Below, piece by piece: positions 42,983-58,136 of a stretch of DNA of 64,000 nt. The translations under genes were made by a program, and so were the position numbers. The stretch comes from Eledone cirrhosa (Eukaryota), in the NCBI GenBank assembly GCA_964016885.1, contig OZ024741.1, positions 129,704,001-129,768,000 on the forward strand, in the 5' to 3' direction. The notes under the pieces are model-generated. The model was not told the origin of the DNA, did not search any database, and worked only from the letters and a program-made list of their open reading frames with translations. The stretch's first letter is position 1; the number at the start of each line of letters is the position of its first letter.

Positions 42983-43102
42983 TTATTCTGATGAAATGAC
43001 AGTAAATAATAACATTGAAATATTGAATGTCTGCATAACTAAAAGTTTGTAGATAGCAGCTGTTTTAGGTTATGTAACTGTTATAGAAACACGTGTCAAT
43101 AA
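42983..43102 (+). ncRNA. Hammerhead ribozyme with 91-nt branched stem II
   Basis: ttatt-CTGATGA-aatgacagt...actgttata-GAAA-cacgtg-TC-aataa. Confidence 0.8.
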
Positions 43103-43307
43103 ATTCCTTTCAACTAAACTGTATCCATTCAAATCTTTCTATTTTTTCTCCGGATTACTTTTGGAACTACAACTGGAACCGTCGAGCAAACTCTACGTGA
43201 GCTGATAATCTACTGTGTGTAATATTTATATTACAACACAACCGAAAATACTGTATATTTACCTCCTGTAAAGTCGAGCAACCCACACAGCAAACGCAAC
43301 CACAACA

Positions 43308-45629
43308 ATGGAAAAACACTACCTGGATATGTCACTCAAAAACATACCAACCCAAGGTAGGAAGGAATATTTATTGAGTATGATTAAAAAAACTAATGAA
43401 TTCATTCGACGTGTCAGGTGGAAAACGCTCCACTATGATAGAAGCCGTATGAACTCAACATTAGAAAGTGGTGTAAACAACAAATTCGGTTTTAGGACTT
43501 GTAAAAACCCACCCACCAACCCACTATTAGATGCATTTGAGCAGGACCTTATGAACTTAATCCTTAAAATTAAATTCAAAGGACGCAACACCAACAGCAA
43601 ATTACAGAAAGATATAAAAAAAACTACTGGACGACCTTAAAAACACCAAAGGAATTGTAGTAAAAGCGGACAAAACATCAAACCTGTACACTATGGATTG
43701 CACTACATACAACAACTTCATTCGAAAAGAATTACATAAAAAATATAGAAAAACGAGTGAAGTAACCCTTAAGCACATCAATGATGAGGCATGCGAAATA
43801 GTGAAAAATCTCGGAATCGAAGATAGGACAGGACCACTCTTACCGGCGGTACCCACCTTCAATCTTAAGGACCACAAGGTAAACTTTGATAATGACCCTA
43901 AAATTAGATTAATCTGCCCCTCTAAATCAGATATAGGTAAAATAAGCAAATATATCTTAGATAGAATCATCCCCCAAATTAAGGCTAAGGTTAACATTAA
44001 ACTCTGGGGGAAGACCCAAGAAGCAATAAGATGGTTTAATAGCATTAGCAATAAGAATAAATCTAAGTTTATCCAGTTTGATATCGATGAATATTACTCA
44101 TCGATATCACCTGAAACTTTGAATAGAGCCATTAAGTTTGCTAAGGATAACTCTGACCTTACAAACGATGAAATTAAGATTATATTAGAAGCTAGGAAAA
44201 CTATAGTCAAATTTGAGAACAGTTATTGGGTACGTAAAGATAGACCCTCTAACTTTGACATAACAATGGGCTCTAACGATTCGGCGGAAATAACTGATAT
44301 TGTGGGGTTATTTATCGCCTTTAGACTCCAGGAAAAATTCAGCAATCTCCACGGCGGAATATACCGCGACGATGTTCTCCTCCTAGCTAAAAACCTTAAT
44401 AACCAAAAACTAGAAAAACCACGCAAAGATATAAGAAAACTACTACTCGAAATAGGACTAACTATAACATATGAATACAACCTTAAAGTAGTTAACTTCC
44501 TGGATGTCACACTCAATTTAAACTCTGGTTTGATTAAACCGTTTCATAAATTGAATGAAAATCTCAAATACGTAAATGTTGGGTCTAACCACCCCATCTC
44601 TATAATTAAATCTATCCCTAAAAATATTTCCCTTAGAATCTCGGGTCTATCTTCTAACATACAAGTATTTAAGGAACACGCCGAGTACTACGATAACGCC
44701 CTTAGTAAAGCAGGCTACCTCAACAAAATAGAGTACATAGATGGGAACAATCAAAACACCCAAAATAAATCCCACATAGGTAGATATAATAACACAACAC
44801 CAAACCACACTTACTACCATAGTATGCACACCAGTAAACCAACAAACAAAACTAATAGAAAGCGATGCAAAGAGTACTTATGGTATAACCCCGAATACAA
44901 TAGTTCCATTAGTACAAATTTACCAGTACTCTTCTTTAAAATAATTAAAAGACATTTTACCACATCACACAAATACCACAAAATCCTAAACCCTACCACT
45001 ATAAGACTGTCATACTCTACAGCGTTAAACCTTGAACAACACATAAAAAAGATCAATACTAGAAGGTTAAACGAAAACACTAAGAATTTAAGTACAAAGA
45101 ACACAAAAAAAACAGTAGACAATACACTACAGAACATAAATAAACCACACCTAAGTTCGTCCGCAATACTACTCCAGAGAAAACCCAACGTACACAACTG
45201 TAACTGCACCTATCCTGACAACTGCCCCCTCGGCAATAACAGCCTGGAAAAAATATTATTTATAAGTGTACCATTAAATCCGGAGGCAACGAGTGGTATT
45301 ACGTGGGATCAACGGCAACATCGTTTAAATCTCGATTGTATAGGCATTCTTACTCAATAAAACACCAGAGCCAAAGAAATGTAACAACTTTAGCAGAAAA
45401 AGCTTGGACGCTCAGGGATAGCGATCAAAAGTTTACCCTAAAATGGGAGAAATTAGCTAAAACCCAAAGCTTTTCCAGGAGCCAAAATTTCTGCAAATTG
45501 TGTAATCTTGAGATTTATTACATAATCACACACAAGAAGAAACTGCTGAATAACAGAACTGAACGAACATTATTCTGCCGTCACAGAACTAAAACCCTTT
45601 TTTCCCACTACAAGCCGAATATTACATAA
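43308..45629 (+). pseudogene. Penelope (Neptune-like) RT plus GIY-YIG polyprotein with two frameshifts in A-runs
   Basis: SLKNIP, KADKT, LKDHK..F, RLICP, FDIDEYYSSI, MGSNDS, GGIYRDD, FLDV, SNHP, CNC....CPL, IIYKC...YVGST..FKSR...H, CKLC..E; ORFs 43308..43640, 43693..45360 and 45303..45629. Confidence 0.92.
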
Positions 45630-45932
45630 AAGCGGGACATCCCCCAACTATATAAACCTTAATCTAGTTAGAAAAATATAAAAACAATCTCTTCTCAACA
45701 TATATTAATAACCTTAAATTACCACACTAATAATGGAAAGATATGCTGGTGAGAATAGGTGCAAATATGCGATAATGAATGTGTCTAAAAACGTCCATAA
45801 GTATGTATATATATATGTGAAAATGTATATAAATAAGTAAAAATATATATATATGTTTGATGTGTATAGTTAGATGTAAGTGTATTCATGTATTAAAGTG
45901 CTTATATATATGTGTATATATATGTGTATATA

Positions 45933-46053
<121 letters not shown>

Positions 46054-46623
46054 GTATATGTATGTATATATGTGTATATAGATGTGTATGTATGTGTATG
46101 TGTGTACACATGGACTAGAGTAAGTATGTATATATGTGTGTGTCTATACGTGTGTATATAAAGATAAGTTGAGTATGAAAATGTATACACATGAGCGCGT
46201 ATGTATGTACATGAATACATGTGTGTATATATATGTGTATGCATGTGTATATATATGTAAGTATGAATATGTGAATTGTGAGTATATGTATTTTGTAGAG
46301 GTGTGCAAATATATTTGTGTGTGAATGCGTGGGTGAAAGGATACGTACACTTGAAAGAAAAATTTAAGTCTGAATGTTAATTAAGTGCAAACACAAAACC
46401 AACCACGCATAACATTACTATCTCTAATCCTTCTATAGATTTAGAAAAATAACCAATAATATATTCTATAAAAAATGTCAAAACAACAGATGGGAATCTA
46501 ATTACTCACTGCCACCAAGAATTCTCACTGCTATCGAAAAACCACTCCTTCAACTATTCTTCTAACAACTTCACCCCTCCCTCCTAATATTCTCTATAAA
46601 AACTAAATAGGTCCTCAGTAATA

Positions 46624-46743
46624 TTATTCTGATGAAATGACAGTAAATAATAACATTGAAATATTGAATGTCTGCATAACTAAAAGTTTGTAGATAGCAG
46701 CTGTTTTAGGTTATGTAACTGTTATAGAAACACGTGTCAATAA
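46624..46743 (+). ncRNA. Hammerhead ribozyme in 3' pLTR
   Basis: Same sequence as 42983-43102. Confidence 0.8.
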
Positions 46744-46805
46744 ATTCCTTTCAACTAAACTGTATCCATTCAAATCTTTCTATATATATATATATAGATA
46801 GATAT

Positions 46806-47794
46806 ATGGTAGAGATATAATTACGGCATGTGCACATTTCTTCTAAGTTTAATTTTACTACTAATTACGTGCGGTTGGCGGTGTATTTGATCGGATTCTG
46901 CATGCTGCCGAAGTGTTTGATAAATGGTGAACGGAGTTAACGCGAACTGGCTGCGGTCAGTTATTTGTCGGAGATTTCCCCGTTAGAAAATTTATTCTTA
47001 AAGCTTGCTAGATTTGATTATGTATATGGTTAATAATGCTGATTAGAAGAAGAAATAGTATATATTTTAATATCTGATTAATTCTATAGACATGAGTTAT
47101 GATATAATGCTCTGATTTTTTGATTTTAATTTATTAATTCTTCATTGAGCTTAAAAGTGAACAGTTGCAACACATATATGTATCCTTGATTTAATTTAGT
47201 TTAATTTTATGTATGTGATAACCTCTATATTTAATAATCTCCCTTTCGGTTGAGATTAAATTTGGCGATATATGGCTGCGCTTTCTAGCAGCATGCCTAC
47301 CCGCCGTAAGCGACCAATCACACGCTTTCTCTCTGGCTGGTACACAGCTACATAGCGATCTTAGCCATTTTTGAATCTAAATTTGGCGCGGTCTGTCTGA
47401 GAAATTAAATGTCTATTTCTGAGTTTGTCTCCTGAAGATTCCTGACTCAAAGCATATCCATATTATTTGGATGTCCTAAACTAGGAAGAAACCATGGTAG
47501 AGATATAATTACGGTATGTGCGCATTTCTTCTAAGTTTAATTTTACTACTAATTAGGTGCGGTTGACGGTGTATTTGATCGGATTCTGCATGCTGCCGAA
47601 GTATTTGATAAATGGTGAACGGAGTTAACGGGAACTGGCTGCGGTCAGTTATTTGTCGGAGATTTCCCCGTTAGAAAATTTATTCTTAAAGCTTGCTAGA
47701 TTTGATTATGTATATGGTTAATTAGGCTGATTAGTAGAAGAAATAGTATATATTTTAATATCTGATTAATTCTATAGACATGAGTTATGATATA
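46806..47794 (+). mobile_element. Non-coding retrozyme-like element (688-nt unit, ~1.4 copies)
   Basis: ~300-bp direct repeats at 46806-47106 and 47494-47794, HHR at the unit junction, no ORF in the track, (TA)n flanks. Confidence 0.8.
47426..47505 (+). ncRNA. Type I hammerhead ribozyme
   Basis: tgtctc-CTGAAGA-ttcct...aggaa-GAAA-ccatgg-TA-gagata. Confidence 0.88.
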
Positions 47795-47900
47795 TATATA
47801 TATATATATGAAGTTGTAGTTTGTTTGTTTGACCCCCATAACTATATAAAATAAGAATAAGATTTAATAATGTAATTTTGATTTGATATATTACAAAAAA

Positions 47901-48091
47901 TAATTGTTTCTACTTTTGGCACAAGGCCAGCAATTATCCAGTGTATTACTGGTACTTTATTTTATCGTCCCCGTAAGGATGAAAGGCAAAGTTAACCTCG
48001 GCAGGATTTGAACTCAGAATGGAAAGGGCTGTAACTCTTTGCGTCAAAGCATGGCGTCCGACCTTCTACCGATACTGCCAATCCACCGCCT
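47901..48091 (-). mobile_element. tRNA-derived SINE, full length
   Basis: Matches the SINE consensus. Confidence 0.9.
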
Positions 48092-48325
48092 TTATATATT
48101 ACCAAAAATAATGTTTTCCAATTTATCATGCATTACATTTTACATTGAGTAATATTGAAACGCAGAGTTTTTCTCCATAAATTATATAACTGATTTAAAA
48201 TCAATCATCATTTTCTTACAAACAAACAAAAAATGTGTAAAACGCAGTAAGGTACTTCGGCTAGTATATAAATATATATATACATATAGTGTAGGTGATT
48301 CAGTAAATTACTGGTGTTGGTACCA

Positions 48326-48667
48326 AAGCAAGCACACTGTACAGTCAGAGTGTTTATATTAGAAAAAAAACCCCAAACCCCAGGAAGTTTCGTTTACATG
48401 TATATGATATTTATTGTGTATCGACCTGTTACAAACCACAACAAAAATATATATTTTTTGTCACTTCACCAGTCTGAAGAGCAGGTCGATAGTGGAGTCT
48501 GGTCCACAACTCCTATAGGTGACCATGAGCCAATCCTCAGCGAAACGCGCGTAACAGGTCGTTACACAATAAATGTGCGTGTGTATGTATATTTATATAC
48601 ATGCACTGGGGTTTGGGTTTTTTTTTCTAATATATACACTCTGACTGTACATAGTGTGCTTGCTTTG
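48326..48667. mobile_element. Hairpin mini-element with an HHR in the loop
   Basis: Imperfect inverted arms 48326-48432 and 48551-48667. Confidence 0.8.
48468..48559 (+). ncRNA. Hammerhead ribozyme with multibranched stem II
   Basis: accagt-CTGAAGA-gc..(ggtc/gacc, ggag/ctcc, tgag/ctca)..gc-GAAA-cgcgcg-TA-acaggt. Confidence 0.8.
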
Positions 48668-49185
48668 TATATATAGTATATTTGGCAATATACCTTATAT
48701 TTAATTAAAAACATTTTGAAGACCTTACCCTATTGTTTTAAAGTAGTGACTATGTCACTTACTTCTTTTTTCAACAAACAAAGGGAGATAAGCTGACAGA
48801 TCTCTGTTTCATACTGTAGGTAATCATCAGAGCTTAGCACTCGTCTTTGTCTGTTGAAAATTATAAATGTTGGATTCTTATAGAATTCCAGTAATAATCA
48901 GGAACTGATTATACAGAGCGGTTGCCGGTCCAGCAAAAATTGAAAATTAGAATTGGTGCTCTGAAATAGCGATATATATATGAATGTATATATAGTATAT
49001 TTGGCAATATACTGTATGCTTAATTAAAAACATTTTGAAGACCAACAGAGATCTGTCAGCTTATCTCCCTTTGTTTGTTGAAAAAAGAAGTAAGTGACAT
49101 AGTTACTACTTTAAAACAATAGCGTAAGGTCTTCAAAATGTTTTTAATTAAGCATACAGTATATTGCCAAATATACTATATATAC
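48668..49185. mobile_element. Hairpin mini-element with an HHR
   Basis: Arms 48668-48808 and 49045-49185, plus a partial direct copy at 48986-49044. Confidence 0.8.
48789..48836 (-). ncRNA. Type I hammerhead ribozyme
   Basis: Minus strand: taagct-CTGATGA-ttacctacagtat-GAAA-cagagatctg-TC-agctta. Confidence 0.85.
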
Positions 49186-49186
49186 A

Positions 49187-49720
49187 AACCGCCGTCAAAA
49201 CGTCAGAGGGAGCAATCCTGATCAACATGCAGCACTGTGTTTTCAGGGTCCCCACAGTCACATCATGCTGCGCTGACTTACATTTCCTATCGATGGAGAT
49301 GATGGGCTGTCTTGGTATGTTGTGCGGATCCGATTAAGGTGCACCCATTACTTCCTAGGGAGGTCAAAAAAAGCCTGCTGGTTTAGACGTTGTGTCTTGG
49401 ACGGCGTCTTGGTTGGCAAATTTGGACTTATTCCATAATTTTCGCCCCTCCTCCTTCAAATTAATGTTTTTCTCTTGATTCATTGATTTCCAGAATGGTT
49501 TGCGTGATTTCAAGTGTATATTGGGAAAGTGTTCCTAATCTTCATGGGTGGGCAGGTCGGCTTTGACTTGGTAAGAAGTACTGCCTTGCAGATCATCTGA
49601 CGCTGCATGTGAGAAGGATCTATATGAGAAAGGTTAAGCAGCCACTGAGTAGGTGTAGATTTCTGTGTGATAGATACCATTCTCATTGACGAGTTGAGAA
49701 TAGTGTCAACCTGCTTAGCA
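49187..49720 (-). mobile_element. Degenerate Ingi/Vingi-like LINE C-terminal fragment
   Basis: Minus strand reads KSTPTQWLLNLSHIDPSH, LKSRKPFW, DLPRK*WVHLNRIRT and CDCGDPENTVLHVDQDC..RFDGG. Confidence 0.65.
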
Positions 49721-50237
49721 CGGCAGCTCCTTGCCTAGACCGGTGAAGAGTGCTCTGGAACTTACTATGCAAGTAAGACAGCATATTCAGAAAAACCTCC
49801 CACACCACACAGTGTTCTCTGTGGTTTATGAGTATGACACACCACTCCCCTGAACAATCAGACACTTATAATCAATACTATTAAACTTCACCTACTCAGC
49901 CACACTAAATGAATAATTTCCTTCCTGATTTAGCTTCTAAATTCACTACACAACACAATCAACCATACCACATAACCTCTTTTTAATATATTCAGGACTT
50001 AATAAACTTTCAGAATCCGAGAAATGTAATAATTTTCTGTGTCGATAAACAGAAATACAAATGATTCAAACAGTTGAATATGTTTTACATTCGAGAAAAA
50101 GACAGATCTAATGTTTCGGAAGCTTTTCCGTTTTCGAATAGAGAGGAAGGAGAATGGTCTTATGTTTACACAACAAAAAAGTGTGTATTAGAAGTAATCG
50201 GAAAGATCAAATACCTTCGGTACTAAAATTCCTACAT

Positions 50238-50383
50238 TGACGCATAGAGTTACGGCCCTTGCCATTCTGAGTTCAAATCCCGCCGAGGTTAACTTTGCCT
50301 TTCATCCTTACGGGGCCAATAAAATAAAGTACCAGTAATGCACTGGGTAATTGCTGGCCTTGTGCCAAAAAGTAGAAACAATT
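50238..50383 (+). mobile_element. tRNA-derived SINE, 5'-truncated
   Basis: Nearly identical to 3297-3440. Confidence 0.9.
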
Positions 50384-51974
50384 AATATATACACCCACAT
50401 GTGTTTGTGGCCGTAATTTGACTTGCTTTTTCTGTTTAAAGCTCCTCCATGTTTTTAATGTTTCCTATTAGCTTTTGATTAGAATAGTCTGTCTATAAAA
50501 TATAGCCCCACCGGCATTACCATCAGTCACTTTTATGAACGGAAGTGAGTAACTATAGTTAATAATTTGCGAGATTTTCAGCCTCTGAATAAATCCCGTA
50601 CACACACACACAGATATATATATATATATATATATAATAAACTTCCCACATATCAAGATCTTTTTCTTTTAGTGCTTGGTTATAGGGTTCTTGATAGAAC
50701 TTATTGATCCTGACCGTTGTTCTTTTAGGATTCCTCCGCTCAACATCAATTGTTCCAGCAATTCTGACAATCCACGACACTGGACTGGTACTTCTTTATT
50801 GTATCGCTCTCAACAGTTAGCTCCGTTGAGCTCTTCCATTGCCTCTTTACAATCCGCCATATTGCCGTCCATGACGTTGACGAATCCCTGCTGGGGTGGC
50901 TGAACGGGTGCTATTCCTTGCCAAAGGACAGCCCTAAATATGCAGGGCATGGTTGGCACTCCGTGAGTTATTTTCAAAATATTCCCCTTGGTATTCTATA
51001 GATGACATATCTATATATCTCTGGACGCATAAGAGTTATAAAGTGAGTTAGTCATTATTCAATTAATCACAGTTGATGAGATCTAAATGTTGTCATTTAT
51101 TTATGATATTAATTTTAAATGTGTGTACAGATACACACCAAGAGATATATCTATGCAGGCATCTATTTTATCAAGCCATTTCTCTGTATCTTTCAATCTT
51201 TACGTATGAATGATGTATGCATGTATGTATGTGTGTATGTATGTATGTGTGTATGTATGTATGTAATAACATTTAAGGGCGGACGTCAGCTTATATAAGA
51301 GAAAGAGTATTTCCATACACCTTCGTGGTTTTGAGTTCGATTTCTACCTTCGACTAGTTTTACTTAACAATATTGTTCTACTGAATTATACTTTGTTTTG
51401 ATGTTCATGGTTGAGAATACGGCCACTGTCCATATCCTCTGTATATTTTCCCACATTGGAGACGGTGTTGTTTTCGACTGGGTAAAAAGTTGACCAAAGT
51501 CTGTTTGTAAATCATTTTATTCAGATAAAGAGAGACAGCGCCCATGTCCTATTTCAGAGCTTCGAAAACTGGTGGGAGAGAGGGGAGAAGATATCTCGAA
51601 ATCGGAAAAGTGGCGCGAATGATTGCAGTAGAAAGGGTTCTCTGTAGGAACGGAATGATCAAGTGATGGTCTTAACCCAAGCGAAGTATTTGAACTTAAA
51701 ACGCAAAGAACTGAAATAAAAGGTATCTCATGCAATGCTCCAGCAATCCTGCCAATCCACCACACTGGACTCGTACTTCTTTATTGTATCGCCCTCAAAA
51801 GGATGAAAATCTTGACAGAACTTGAAAATCACTAAGCGTTTTAAGCTACGCTCACATACAAACCTGTTGTCTCGCTGTGTTAAAGACGGCACAAAGAAAA
51901 GGTTTTTTCCGTGTACACAAAGGATGCACTTCAACTGAACACGCACAGAAGCACCACTGATTGATCCAAACACC

Positions 51975-52600
51975 AGAGATAAAGTGGTCAATTGTTTCTT
52001 TCCTATCTTCACATATTCTGCAGTTACTTACTGTGTTCTACTTTATTATGTACTTCTGGTAGTTTTATTGCAGAAGCTTTGATCTTGTGCTGCGTTTCGG
52101 ATCCGTTTGAGATCCTTCAGTTTCGGCTTTTAGTCCGAAGTAGCCAGTTTTGTGAGTTTTGCTTGTCTATTCTCTCTCTCTATTTAGATTTTTCTAAATA
52201 GAGAGAGAACCATGTAAAGGTTTCTCTAGCCAAGGTTTAAGCATGGCACTGTGGATGTCAGTTTTCAATTTAGATTTTATGTTTTTCACAATCTCTGTGG
52301 TATTTCTAATTTTGAAATTAATATAGTGGATCATTCTTTTCATAACTTCCTACATTCTTTTTTTCTGGGGTTTTCTTAGCTTATATTGGAAACGAGATTG
52401 GAAGATTTAAGAGTGATTTAAAGTGCTTGTAGTGTAAGACGTCCTCCATTTTGCTGTTTTGTATTTACCGACACAGTTATAATGCTGGATGAACTGTGGT
52501 TATGTCCGTCGATGATTCTATGATTTTGATTTAAGAAACTGGTTGGATATCTTAAAAGAATAGTTTTTGTCTCATCTATCCACTAAATAGTTCATGCCCT
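51975..52600 (-). mobile_element. Old R4/Dong-like LINE fragment
   Basis: Minus strand reads WLEKPLHG, GLKAETEG, AAQDQS and CRICEDRKETIDHFISG (zinc knuckle). Confidence 0.7.
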
Positions 52601-53907
52601 TTTAAGCAAATGACGGTACAAGTGAAACACTACACATGGTTGGCAGAACGCTCAAGAGCAGACTAAACCAGCATACACATTTTTTCAGATTTATTGACTG
52701 AGTAAACACATCTCTCTCTCTCTCTTCTTCTTCTTCTTGGAGTGTCGTAGGGAGAGAGTTCTCTAACACGCCTTACAGCGGGTCCTGTCATAAGGAACAG
52801 TCAACAATTGATTCGACTGGATCCCCAAGCGAGACTAACTGAGCTCATAAAAACTAAATGCCAGTGGAGTTGAAAATCTTTCCCCCATAGCACGAATAAC
52901 ACTAGATTCTGCACTATCAATATTGTAAAATATGTGTATTGTGAGAGAAGTGTCATCCCAACTTCAAAACCATGATCACTGATCGGAAGGAGCGCAATTT
53001 TGAGCCGATACAAATAAGGGGAAATCTTTTGGCTAAAACCTTTCAATGAAAGACTGGTTAAGCTTTTATTCACAAAAAATCCTTTCAATTGTTTAAATAA
53101 AGTATAGCAATTGCGAGCCCCATCCCGGAGAAGTGATTGATTAAAGACAAGTTGATGGAGCGAAAGCTGAAAAAATGTCATTTGCTGAAACCTTTTGTGA
53201 CAAGCCCTCAAACGTATTCCATTAGATGTCGTTTGTCTTTTATATATTTGCCCCAAAAATTAATATGCAAGGGGATAAGCATGTGTGTGACGTCCGAATA
53301 AATATCCTTCACCTTCAACTAATTTATTCTCCGCGTCACGGTCCCGGCCGATAGGATAGAGAATACATTGCCACGATGGACGGTGAAGAAGACAGGCTGG
53401 AGCAGACACTCTACCTCGTAGGGCTCGCACCTGCGGGCAGCCCACTCCGTTTCGATAGCAGTGAGCAGGGACCAAGAAAGGCGAAATTCTCCACTGTTAC
53501 AGGCTGATGAAAAGAAAAAAAAATGTCCATGTCGACACTTTGCATCAGATCAGCCATCGTTAACCCCATGCCATCAGATACATTCCAACCATGACCACTC
53601 CCCCCAAAAATTGCATAAAGGTAACTATCAACAATACAGGTGAAGAAGAAAAACAATAATGAAGATGAAATAAAGAAACAACAGGTTATATATATATATT
53701 ATCTATGTATTTCCAGAAACAATATATACATTAAGATGTAAGTATATTAGAATACAATAGATATACATAAATACATATATTTGGCTATATATAGATTTAT
53801 ACATACAGGTGGCTACTATTGCATGCAGTTTACAATCAACAGACAGATATGAGGTAGAAAAATTGTAACAGCGAAATTAACAAAATAAGTTTTTTATTTG
53901 TAATGTC

Positions 53908-53938
<31 letters not shown>

Positions 53939-54098
53939 TGTATGTATGTATGTATGTATGTATGTATGTATGTATGTATGTATGTATGTGTATATATATA
54001 TATATGTATATAAATATATATATATGTATATAAATATATATGTATATAAATTTATACAAATGTATATATGTGTCCATGCACATATATTTGTATGTATG

Positions 54099-54139
<41 letters not shown>

Positions 54140-54299
54140 TCATCCAAATATACACAGACACACACATATTTATACATAAGCGTACATTATGCATTTAATT
54201 GTCACAGTATAGATATGCACACACACATACATATAATATATAAAATATTCATATATATGCATACAAATACACGCTCATATAAATGTATATAAAATGCAT

Positions 54300-54401
<102 letters not shown>

Positions 54402-54546
54402 CACAAAACAAATTGAAATATAATTTTATATAAGTACATGAATAAATTGTCATAGTTATCTATGTACATTATAAATAAACACACATGTGGCATACACAGA
54501 CACAGAACCACAGACCACAGACACGCACACATACATATTTATACAT

Positions 54547-54577
<31 letters not shown>

Positions 54578-54578
54578 T

Positions 54579-54674
<96 letters not shown>

Positions 54675-55008
54675 GTATATTTATATACATACATATACAT
54701 ACTTATATATATTTATATACATTTACATGTATATATGTATACATGTATATTTATATACATATACATACATATAATACACACATACAAAATAAATAAGGGT
54801 GACAGTTTTATTCGCACATATTCATTTTATTACATAATTCCATGGAATTATGTAATAAAATGTAGATACGACCCTGAAGAGGTGACAGGTAACGATGCCT
54901 TTGTCAGGATTTTAACACAGATCGAAAAGAACAAATTGTGTTTTGTTGCGTTCGCAATAGAAACGCTTTCATATTCTCACCAAGTGTGCGTATATGTATA
55001 TATGTATG

Positions 55009-55115
<107 letters not shown>

Positions 55116-55162
55116 ATATGTATGTATATATATATATATATATGTGTATATGTATGTATATA

Positions 55163-55223
<61 letters not shown>

Positions 55224-55353
55224 ATATGTATGTATATACGTATGTATATATATAAGTAGATATATATGTATATATGCATGTATATATATATAAGTATATA
55301 TATATATATATGTATATATTTACATATATATATATACAGTCTATCTATATATA

Positions 55354-55407
<54 letters not shown>

Positions 55408-55560
55408 GCGCTTATGTAAGTGTGTGTGTGTTGGGGCGTGTATGTTTGTGATATACAAAACATATTTACATATAGATATAAAAATATGCACATATACATT
55501 TCTATATTTATATACAGTTTCTTCTACAGCTGCGCATGTATCTAAATATGCATATGAATG

Positions 55561-55624
<64 letters not shown>

Positions 55625-55684
55625 TATTTATATATATTTATATTTATTAAAATAAATTTATATTTATTAAAATAAATATATATT

Positions 55685-55715
<31 letters not shown>

Positions 55716-56025
55716 ATTTATATATATATATATATATTTATATATAAACGAAAAAAATGAAACTACTGTACGTCTGTATACATATATGTATGTACGTGTA
55801 CATACTTATATTTATATATATATATATATGTGAGAGTGTGTGTGTGTTTGTGTGAGTGTATATTTATATATCGAAATATTTATATATATAAATATTTATA
55901 TATCTCCAAATTTATATATTTCCAAATATTTATAGATCTAAATATTTATATATATATACATATATATATACATATTGAAGTGTATTAAATGGCAAAGTGA
56001 AATCATATATACACACATACATACC

Positions 56026-56057
<32 letters not shown>

Positions 56058-56124
56058 CATATATACATATATATACATATATACATTTATATACATATAT
56101 ATATACATATATATATATATAAGC

Positions 56125-56207
<83 letters not shown>

Positions 56208-56208
56208 C

Positions 56209-57343
<1,135 letters not shown>

Positions 57344-57354
57344 TACATATATAC

Positions 57355-57478
<124 letters not shown>

Positions 57479-57494
57479 GTATATATATATATAT

Positions 57495-57673
<179 letters not shown>

Positions 57674-58136
57674 TATATAATATAATATTATATATATTAT
57701 ATGCACGGAAGCATTAAAACCACAATGCCAGTTGCCCAAACATCGGGAACATGACGCTCTGAGTAACGACGCATGCAGACTCAGCTTTAAATAAATAATG
57801 TTTATACATGTCGGTATGTGTGTGTGTGTGGTTAAATATATATATGTGTGTTTGTGTATGTCTATACATATGTACGCATGTATATATATGTATATATCTC
57901 TCTGTATATATTTCTATACATATATTCACACATAAATATATATGTTTGCTTGTCATAAAAAAGAATTATAGGAAGCACGTCTCTACTATAAATGAAAACC
58001 ACAGAAACTTTCAAATTCTTTCAACAATACTGATATAAATACATATATACTTCCATATTATTTCTGTTTGGATCTATGTAATTGACTACCGTTCTATCTA
58101 TGCATCAGTCTAACTACACGTACATACATACATACA

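Noticed and set aside
52801-53656. ORFs of 151, 71 and 81 aa
   Set aside because: No recognisable motifs or splice structure.
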